A stretch of 27,153 bases of DNA from a virus (Duplodnaviria > Caudoviricetes): positions 1-27,153 of the IMG/VR virus record IMGVR_UViG_3300030207_000144; one strand, given 5' to 3'. Below, piece after piece: positions 14,933 to 24,000 of this stretch. Within the stretch, counting starts at the first letter, position 1. Every line of letters begins with the position of its first letter. Position numbers and translations under genes: made by a program. The notes under the pieces were generated by a model. It was not told the origin of the DNA. It saw nothing but the letters and a program-made list of their open reading frames with translations, and searched no databases.

Positions 14933-17743
14933 ATGGAAACAAAAAGTTTTTTATCAAAGGCGTTGAGTAGTGAGGGCTACTATTGTGTGTTTGCAGCACG
15001 ATCATCTGATGAGCGCATAGCACAAAAGTTTTACAACTCAATAGACGCTGTTGTCGATGCCGCTCACAATTTTGACGAAGAAGGGTTTGATGTTTATTTT
15101 GGACTAGCTACATTTGAAGAAGCGGGTTCACGTAAAGTAGACAACATACAGCGACTCAACGCATTCTTTCTTGATCTGGATTGTGGGCCGAGCAAAGACT
15201 TTATATCTCAAGAGCAAGCTCTTGTAGCTCTGCAACATTTTTGTAAACGCAACAAACTGCCGAAACCGACGATAGTTAACTCGGGGCGTGGTATACACGT
15301 TTACTGGTTTTTGTCGGAATCGGTGTCGTATGAGGATTGGTTTCCTGTTGCCGAACGGCTCAAGCGGCTGTGTAATCAGCAAGACTTCTATGCTGACCCA
15401 GCAGTAACCGCAGACGGGGCACGTGTGTTAAGAGTTCCTCACACACATAACTACAAGACCAAGCCTCCTTCTGACGTGGGCTTTTTTGGGTTAGCTAGGC
15501 AATTCGATACTGTCGATTTTGATGCGTTCGCTGAGTTGCTTGGCTCCGAACCGATACCAGTTCCCATGAAACATATACCGCATGGCCTAAATACCACCAT
15601 GCAAAATTTGCTAGGCAATCAAGAAAGCGTATTCAAAGACATACTTATTAAAACAGCACGCGATGAGGGGTGTGCACAGGTTGCCTACATAGTTAAAAAC
15701 CAAGAAACCATGAGCGAACCTCTTTGGAGAGCGGGGTTGTCTATCGCTAAATTCTGTGTTGACGGTGATAAAGCCGTGCATCTGATGTCTAAGAACCATC
15801 TTGAGTACCATCCTGATGAGACACAGAAGAAGGTAGATAAGATTAAGGGGCCGTACACTTGTGCACGGTTCGATGAGTACAATCCAGACGTATGTGTCGA
15901 ATGCCCCCTGTGGGGTAAGATTAAATCTCCTATTGTTTTAGGTAGGCGATTACATGAAGCGGAAGTAGATGATGAGGGTAACTACGTTGCCGAAGAGATC
16001 GAACCCGAACATGTGATTCCTAAGTACCCACCACCTTATGTGCGTGGGTCAAACGGTGGTGTATATCTACGCACCACCAACGAAGACGGCGATGTAGACG
16101 AGAAGCGGATATACCATAACGACTTATACGTTGTTAAACGAATCAAAGACCCCGAGCTGGGGGAGTCGCTAGTCATGCGATTACATCTACCAAAAGACGG
16201 GGTACAAGAGTTTACATTACCTATGAGTTCAGTTACGTCGAGCGAGGAGTTTCGTAAGAAGCTATCAGCAGAAGGCGTAGCAGTTAAGAAGATGGACGAT
16301 CTGATGACATACACACTAAATTGGGTAGATGAATTGCAAGCAACTAGTACAGCCGACGAAGCGCACGTACAGTTTGGTTGGGTAGACGATAAGTACGATA
16401 CATTTATTATCGGTAATGAAAAGGTCAAAGCTGACTGTATAGAGTTCAACCCACCTGCTAATCAGACTGTGGGGTTCTTCCCACATTTTGAGTCGAAGGG
16501 TACGTTGGATGAGTGGTACACCACCATGCAGTTTTGGCAAGACGAACGCTTTGTCTTGCAGCAATTCGGTTTCGGCATGGGGTTTGGGAGTCCATTGATG
16601 GAGTTCTTAAACGAACCTTGTGGTGCCGTGGCTTTTGTAAACAACGAGTCTGGAACGGGTAAGACCATGATGATGTACGCTGCGGCTGGCATTTGGGGTA
16701 ATCCCCGTAAACTTGTTTTAGATAGAGACGATAGCGTGGCCTTTAAGATGAACCGTGCAGAGGTCATGCACAGTTTGCCAACGGGCATTGATGAGGTGAC
16801 TAATCTAACACCGCGAGAAATATCTAACCTGATTTACCAAGGTACCGCAGGTAAACAACGCGGACGCATGACGGCAAGTGCTAACGTAGAACGGCATCAA
16901 GGAAGGCCGTGGAGTTTACTTATGCAGTACACGTCTAACGCGTCCATCATCGAGGCGGTTAGTCGAGGCAAAGCCATGCCGAAAGCAGAGGCACAACGGA
17001 TATTGGAATGTCATGTGGATCGGTTGTTCGACAAAGTTAAAGACAAACAAATTACTGATGAGTTTAAGGAAAGCGTGTTTAACAACTACGGGCACGCAGG
17101 TGCACCTTACATACAATGGGTGATGGGTAATTTAGATGAGACTCGCGCCATATTAAAGAAGGTGCAGAAGCGTGTTGACGAAGCTGCTGAACTGACGACG
17201 GAAAACAGGTTTTGGTCGGATACTTTGACTGCCACCATATCAGGGTTGCTGATTGCGAAAAAAGTTGGGCTTCACGATTTCGATGTTACCAAGGTGTTCA
17301 AGTGGGCTACTACCGAATTGATCGGGCAGAACAAACGTGGCCTAAGTGAAATGGAGCACTCAGTGACAGATGTACTCAATGACTTCTTTGCCGAGAATAT
17401 CAGCTACATATTGCAGATCAAAAGCACTCAAGACCTACGGGGGTCAAACAACAACGGCTTAGATCAACATGTGATACCTGAACAAGTAGCACGTGGTCGG
17501 TTAATTGCACGGTACGAAACTGACACGAAGTTATTCTACGTCAAGCCAAAACCTCTCAAGGAATGGTGTGGTGAGTTACAGATAAACTACTCACACTTGG
17601 TGAGCGAGATCATGAAGAAGTGTGAGGGTAAACGGAAGAAGGTCCAGCTAACCAAGGGAGTGAACCTACAACTACCCCCCGCCGATACGATTGTAATGAA
17701 GTTTGATGCGGACCCCGACAATGACGGTATTGAGGACCTATGA
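14933..17743 (+). CDS. primase-helicase (AEP/RepB-type primase + DUF927-like + P-loop NTPase)
   Basis: FLDLD, NSGRGIHVYW, RVLRVP, Cys cluster PYTC...CVECP, FGW, Walker A SGTGKT, Walker B GIDE, and NYGHAG. Confidence 0.9.
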   Translation: METKSFLSKALSSEGYYCVFAARSSDERIAQKFYNSIDAVVDAAHNFDEEGFDVYFGLATFEEAGSRKVDNIQRLNAFFLDLDCGPSKDFISQEQALVALQHFCKRNKLPKPTIVNSGRGIHVYWFLSESVSYEDWFPVAERLKRLCNQQDFYADPAVTADGARVLRVPHTHNYKTKPPSDVGFFGLARQFDTVDFDAFAELLGSEPIPVPMKHIPHGLNTTMQNLLGNQESVFKDILIKTARDEGCAQVAYIVKNQETMSEPLWRAGLSIAKFCVDGDKAVHLMSKNHLEYHPDETQKKVDKIKGPYTCARFDEYNPDVCVECPLWGKIKSPIVLGRRLHEAEVDDEGNYVAEEIEPEHVIPKYPPPYVRGSNGGVYLRTTNEDGDVDEKRIYHNDLYVVKRIKDPELGESLVMRLHLPKDGVQEFTLPMSSVTSSEEFRKKLSAEGVAVKKMDDLMTYTLNWVDELQATSTADEAHVQFGWVDDKYDTFIIGNEKVKADCIEFNPPANQTVGFFPHFESKGTLDEWYTTMQFWQDERFVLQQFGFGMGFGSPLMEFLNEPCGAVAFVNNESGTGKTMMMYAAAGIWGNPRKLVLDRDDSVAFKMNRAEVMHSLPTGIDEVTNLTPREISNLIYQGTAGKQRGRMTASANVERHQGRPWSLLMQYTSNASIIEAVSRGKAMPKAEAQRILECHVDRLFDKVKDKQITDEFKESVFNNYGHAGAPYIQWVMGNLDETRAILKKVQKRVDEAAELTTENRFWSDTLTATISGLLIAKKVGLHDFDVTKVFKWATTELIGQNKRGLSEMEHSVTDVLNDFFAENISYILQIKSTQDLRGSNNNGLDQHVIPEQVARGRLIARYETDTKLFYVKPKPLKEWCGELQINYSHLVSEIMKKCEGKRKKVQLTKGVNLQLPPADTIVMKFDADPDNDGIEDL

Positions 17744-17942
17744 TCTATCTCCTGATGGTGTGGCTATTAGAGTCAACTGGGAGCATCTGGCAGTAGGCGC
17801 GTCTATCTTTGTACCCTGCATAAACACTAACGAAGCTATCAAGCAGGTAAACAAGATAATGTCTGACAGACATTGGTCCGTGGAACATCGGCTACGTATT
17901 GAAGACGGTAATTTAGGGATACGATTTTGGAGGACGTTGTGA
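17721..17942 (+). CDS. small hypothetical protein (73 aa)
   Basis: WEHLAVGASIFVPC...GIRFWR; overlaps the primase stop. Confidence 0.7.
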   Translation: MTVLRTYDLSPDGVAIRVNWEHLAVGASIFVPCINTNEAIKQVNKIMSDRHWSVEHRLRIEDGNLGIRFWRTL

Positions 17943-17954
17943 TATAGTTTCACA

Positions 17955-18037
17955 GACAGACGGTATTACGGTCCACCCTACCGAGAGTCTGTCGTTCTCC
18001 ACCTCGTTCGACCCCCTCTTCGGAGGGGGTATTTTTT
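17955..18037 (+). ncRNA. candidate small regulatory RNA
   Basis: Extended -10 TG-A-TATAGT (17940-17948), hairpin GACAGAC/GTCTGTC, single-stranded GTTCTCCACCTC, and its own terminator. Confidence 0.45.
18011..18037 (+). terminator. Rho-independent terminator at convergence of the two gene blocks
   Basis: ACCCCCTC-TTCG-GAGGGGGT followed by ATTTTTT. Confidence 0.9.
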
Positions 18038-21000
18038 AGGGCAGCATAAACCCGTTTCTTGTTCCCATAAGATGGTCTTCTGCGAGTTTACGCATTGCTG
18101 GGGACAGGGTAACGCCGTTGTACATAGTCTCGGATGTTTTTATATGCTGCTTTATTGAGCGATCCAAGGTATCAAGTGTAATAGCAAAACTTGGATGCGC
18201 TTTGTTGAACTTAGCTATCTCACGTTTAGCATCTGCTAGTGCATCCCAATCACCTTGCCGTGCAGCAACGTAATACTTTTTGGTTATGTTAGATTTTTTA
18301 TTGGCAATTGCGATGTCGATACCTTTAACACGTTGGTTGTTCTCTTGGATGCGTATGTACTCCGCTGGTGCGAACCCGAAGAATTGTGCGAACAACTCAC
18401 CACCAGTCATATCGTCATAGATTGGATCGCCACGGCGCGTGTATATACCACCATCCTGTTGGTACCGACCCACTGACTTGTACATGTTAGAAAAACCCAC
18501 AGGCATGATGCTTTCGATGCCGCGCTGTATTTCACCGTTATATAAATCTATGATGCCGCGACCCGTCCGTTTCGCCACGCTGAGTGCAGGGCCACCAATG
18601 TAGTACCCTACGGCTTCTTCCGCTGATGGGTTGGGGTTGTATCTGTTCTCTTGCAGCAGCAGCCCAGTTAGACGTACACGTGATGCCACGTCAGCACCTA
18701 TTTCTAGAGTGTCGAGAACTTGGTTAAACGCACCTTTGTACCAACCCTCACCGACATATTCACGAACGATGCTGTTAAAGTCATCCTCTTCGTCTCCGAG
18801 TAAAAGTAAGTCCGCCATCAACTGGAACGCACCGTATAACGGAATACCGTGTACACCTGCAAAGAACAGGGACGAACCGTGTATGCCGATTAGTTGGTTC
18901 CGAGCGATCTTGCGCATGGCGGGATCGGATTCTTTGGATAACATAGTCGCAGCAGTTTTGAGCATTGTGTAGTACATGCGTAGACCGTAAGTCTTATACA
19001 TCATCGCCACACGCCCGATGTGTTCTTGCGCGACACGCGGTGCAGTCTCTAGGGTAGAGCCGCCGTTATATTCTTGCGTATCGTAAAGAGCCTCCTCTGC
19101 CGCCATCTGCTGTCGTTGTGCTTTTGGCATATTGGGATTTTCGGCAGTGATGCGATCTAATGCGAGGTTGTACGATGCAACCATCGTCACCTGCCGGTTA
19201 AACCGCTCCGACTGGTTAAACATCATCGCCGATATACCTGTGCCGTAGTCAATGGCCGCTGAGATTTTTCGTCCTAACGTGTCAGTTCTACGTGCCCTAC
19301 CACCTTCTTGAAGACCCAAGGCATCAAAGATAAACGAGCGGTTAAGGTGCCCACGTTCCGACGCCAGCCGTACGACTGGGGCAATACGCTCTAACTCCTT
19401 TAGACGTTCTTCTGGTATGTCTTCATCTTTCTTAACTACAAAGTCACCGTTGTCGGTAATGTCGTAGTAGGCATCCAAGCCATGAGCCAGCGCGATCTTG
19501 TCGAGCTTGGTCTCCCCCATACCACGTGCACCTGTAACGAACGATGCTGCGGTCATTAATTCGTCGTAGGCTTTTTGGTATCCGTACCGTGCGCCAAGCA
19601 TAGGCATGACGAACATAGGTATCTGTGCGGTCTGCACCATAGCCGAGGCTACGTTGAAACCGATTGTGCCAACAAACGCGAGTTGGTTGAACATACGTAC
19701 GTATCGCTCAAGCCCCTTCTGTTTTGCGCCATACTTAGCGAACTCCATGCGTACTTTAATCTCTTCACGTAAGGTATCGAACTCAAACTGCTTATCTTTT
19801 GGTTGTTCTAATTCGTTGAGCTGCACTTCCATATTTTGAATAAGCGCGTTGTACTTTAACTTCTCTACCTGTCGAGCGAGGTCAAAGCCCTTACTCTTCA
19901 TGGCGTACACCGCATCCTGCATATAGCCGGGCGTACCCTTACGTTTTTGCAGGGACTTAGCGAATGATGACTCTGGGAGCGCATCAATAAATAGGCGCAT
20001 GATTTCAGCTTGTACTTTGTCATCAACTTTGTTTGCGCTCAGCGAATCAAGCACCTGCTTCACAAACGAGGAAGACGGTGCGTTGTTGAAGTCGGACGTT
20101 TTGAAGTCACCATCTGTACGATTGACAGTGTTCGTAATGACATCGGGGTCTTTTAGAAGCGCGTCATAAACTCGGTCGCGTTGCCTCTTACTATCGAACA
20201 TCTGAAACACGTACTTATCGCGCTCTGCATCAACGGCACTGTCTTTGTATTGGAACTCTAGTTTGTACTGGCCTTCACGTAGCAGCGGGAAGTAAACGTC
20301 TAAGGTATTACTGTCAAACAACTTAGCAAATACTTCCTTCTTCAACTCTGCCGCTGCGTCAGGGTTCTTGGATAATGCTATGTCAATACGCCCGTTGATC
20401 GCATCTTTGAGGTTCTCGTGCAGGCTACGGTACATATCGCGCATCGTAAGGTAGGCTTTCCGCCCGTCAGCACCAAGTGCCTCCCAGTCGTCACGTTGTG
20501 CACGCCAAATCGCTTCAAGATCGTTGCCGTTATCATCAATTTTGCCTTGGTACTCAGTAACAGGTTTAGTTGGGTCTACCTGATAGATAGTAGCGCCGTA
20601 CTCTTGGCTGTAGATTAAGTCGTTGAGGTTCTTCTGCTTTTCTTTAGTACCACCACTAGCGATCCACTTGTCCACAACCTTTACTTGGTCACGTACAAAG
20701 TCGTCAGCACGCGCCATTGAACCCCGCTGCCGTTCCATTAACTCGTGGAACTCTGCCGCAAGTTTACCTAGCTTAGCGTCTGCTCGTTTAGCTATGTCGC
20801 TGAGTGCCTGTGAGTCCACCAGTTTCGGCAGAACAAAAGCGACCTTCTGATTCAGCGCACTAAGGGTGTCGAACGCACCGTCAGCCCATTCGCCACGGAA
20901 CTTCTGAGTAAGCGGCTGGTGCAACGCTTTCTGCGTCTCACCCATGCCTTTCATCTCTTCTTTGACCCCTTTTGCCGTGGACTCCATCGCAAGCTCGTTT

Positions 21001-24000
21001 GCGTTACGGAACTTAGGAGCGGGGGCAAGGATACCTTCTATAAGCATGTCGGCGGCTGTTTTCGCTGACCCAATTTCTTTAGGCCGCATCCCTACAAGTT
21101 TACGTAAGAAGTTTCCTACGCTGTTATAGAAGCGTTGCAGGGCGTTTATCTTTGAGCCATCGGGATTGATAGCAGCTAGTTCGGCTTGAAATTCTGGATT
21201 AGACATCGCTTCAGCTACGAACTCGTCCACATCCTTCGCACCATACGCGGTACCAAGATAATCTTTAACGTCTTCAAATAACTTTGTGAGCTGCTTCGTT
21301 AAGGGATGGCTCTTGTTCGCTAACGTAGCGGCGGTTGCTGCATGAGTAGCTTCGTGCAGTAGCACATGAGGACTCATTCCGGTTTCGGAATCGAGTTTGA
21401 TTGTATTAGTCTTTGGGTCAAACAAACCCGCAACAGGATTTCCCGCCGCATTTTTTAAGTTATCGACAATTTCTACCCGTGTACCACCAGCGGCACTGTC
21501 AATCATGTGAACCTGTGACGCGTCGAAAGCTACATACTCTGAAGCATTCTCGTTCATTATGCCGTCATACCCTTGACTCTTTAGCTCTGCAATACGCTCT
21601 TTTGATAGCAACATAGATGACATAGTACGTTCGCGAACTTCTATGCGTTTTTCATTTTTAACGTCTAGCTTTGTTTTACGCCCCAAAGCCACATCAATTC
21701 GATCTAACAAAGACATGTTTTTTAAGTCATCTATGATTAGAGGATTCCGAATGTCCAACATAACTTCATACACACGTCCTTCACCCTCTAAACCTTTTGG
21801 AGGGGTCTCTATCGAAAAACCCCCGCCCGGCAATTTACTACCAGCAGTTTTGGCGAGCCGTGATCTATGATAGCTTTCAGCTAAAGACCTTCTAGGGCTA
21901 AAATATAAACCTTGCGTAGCATCACCCGGTTTGAACTCAGTAATATCTTTTTTAGCACTGCCGTGATACACAATGTTTTTTACTTTTGAGTTTCGTGTAG
22001 CAGCCTGCGCAGCTTTAAGGTTGGCACGATCATTAATGATCTCATTTAACTTGGTAGCTAGCGCAAGAGGACGGGCACGTCTTTGGGGTTTTGACAGATA
22101 CAATTTTCCTGAGTCTACATACATTTCATGAAAAGTATTAAGGTAGACTAGCGCCCCGCGTAAATCCCCAAAACGTAAAGCGGTTTCTACAGAAGGATGA
22201 ACAGTTCTATCTAAACCGTAAAGACCGGGATAAACAGAGCCACGCGCTAAATTCTTTTCAGACCTTTGAGCTATTTCTTCTAAACTAGTACGTAAGTCTT
22301 GGCGCATATCAGCTTCGACTTGCGCTTGTTCTGCCGCTTCTTTTGCAACTAGTTTGGCTTCACGCTGACGGAACATATCAACGTAGTCAGTGCTTTGAAT
22401 GCGTTGTATCTCACGTATTTCTTGCGCAAGCGTCTCGTCAATCCATTTATTAATTTCAGGTGACAGATTAGCTTGCGCCCAATCAAGCACTTGTTGCGCA
22501 GGTTTACTACCCATACCTTGGAAGAAAGTGACTTCGTTCTGGTCCATGTCAGGAGTCTTACGGAACTGCGGAGTGGTATTAGCCACATCGAAGATAGCCA
22601 TATACAAGCCATCAATAGGGCGAGGTACTCTACCCAAGTACGTTATTACAGCTTTACCCACTTTATCGCGGGCGGCTGCACCATCATTTAAGAGCGTAAG
22701 TATTTTTAATCGGTCGTCAGGGGTAGTGCGCTCTTTCCCCACAGTTTCATTGAAGGTTTGGCTAATTTGCCGCGCATATTGTTTTACTGGTTCGAGCAGT
22801 TGTTCGAATCTTTCAGTAAGTTGTGCAGACGCAGTATCTTTAGGTGCCTGCGACGGAGTAGTCTTCTTGCCCCTGCGCGTCGTAGAAGCTGTTTTTGTCT
22901 TCGATGATTTTTTTGTAGTATCTTGTTTACGTGTAGTAGTGGACCGTTTAGTTTTTGCAGTAGGGGTTGTTGTTTTTGCTTCTATAGAATCTAACTTGTC
23001 CGCTATCTGCGCAACACGTCTATCTGTTTCCGATGCTACTTCTTCGCTCGGTGGCGTAGGCACCTCGGTAATCGGCGCAGTACGTCTATCTACCAAAGCC
23101 GAATCTACATTGTCTGCAAAAGCAACACGTCTATCTGTTGTCGGCGCAGCACGTCTATTTACTGAAGCCGAATCTACATTTTCTGCAAAAGCAACACGTC
23201 TATCTGTTGTCGGTGTCACGCTTTCGCTCGGTGGCGTACGTACCTCGGGAGCTACTGTTGCAGAAGGACGCCCTCTACGTCGTGGCTGGAACAATTCAAG
23301 TTGCGCTTCTGGCACCCCTTCAAGTTCTCGCGCTACATTAAGTCGAGTTTGTTCGGCTACGCTTTGGTTATTAGCAAAGTCAGTAAACTGTTTACGAATT
23401 ACCGGATCATTAAGGTCCTTACCTTCTGTGCGTTTACGGATTGGCGCTTTTGGCGATACGCCCAGTCCGTCCATAAATTCTTTTGTTACTATTTTAGGAG
23501 CAGGTGGTGTTTCCTCTACAGGCGGTGTCTTAGGACGGCCCATACCGGGGAACGACGGCTGTGACGGAGTAGCCGATGCACGCGCCCTACGTTCTGGGAT
23601 ACGTGCTTCTAGGTCTGTAAGTTGTGTATCCTCTGGCGTAGACTCGATGGTCTCAAGCGGTTCTTGTGGTCTTGTTTCTTGCTGTTCTTGCGGTTTTGTT
23701 TCTTGCTGTTCTTGTGGACGCATACCCGCAAACGCGTCTGCTGCGCGACGAATACGTTGTGACTCTCGCTTAGTAGGTTTAGCCCGTTCTCCCTTTGCAA
23801 TGTTGCGTCGAGACAGTTCTTTAGAAAAACGTTTTTCAAGATTAACGTAGCTACCTGTGGTCGGCTCACCGATTACAGCTTCTAGTGCAGCTTCACGTGG
23901 TCTCATTTTGTCTGCACGCGCTTCGTCTTTTATCGCTGCGGCTTGTGTTTCACGCTCAGACCTACCGCGCACCCGATCTAGTTCAGCTTCTGCTACTGCA

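Noticed and set aside
17825-17831. Additional CACTAAC half-sites (also near 3096)
   Set aside because: They lack the GTTAGTG partner arm and are expected by chance.
17738-17953. 71-aa minus-strand ORF using GGAGAAC (rc of 17994-18000) as RBS
   Set aside because: The purine tract is about 40 nt from the GTG, and the ORF is antisense to a better + strand gene.
22399-23850. 483-aa + strand ORF, plus 24367-24963 and other shadow ORFs
   Set aside because: They are antisense to the giant gene in low-complexity regions, with no RBS or motifs, and are explained by codon bias.
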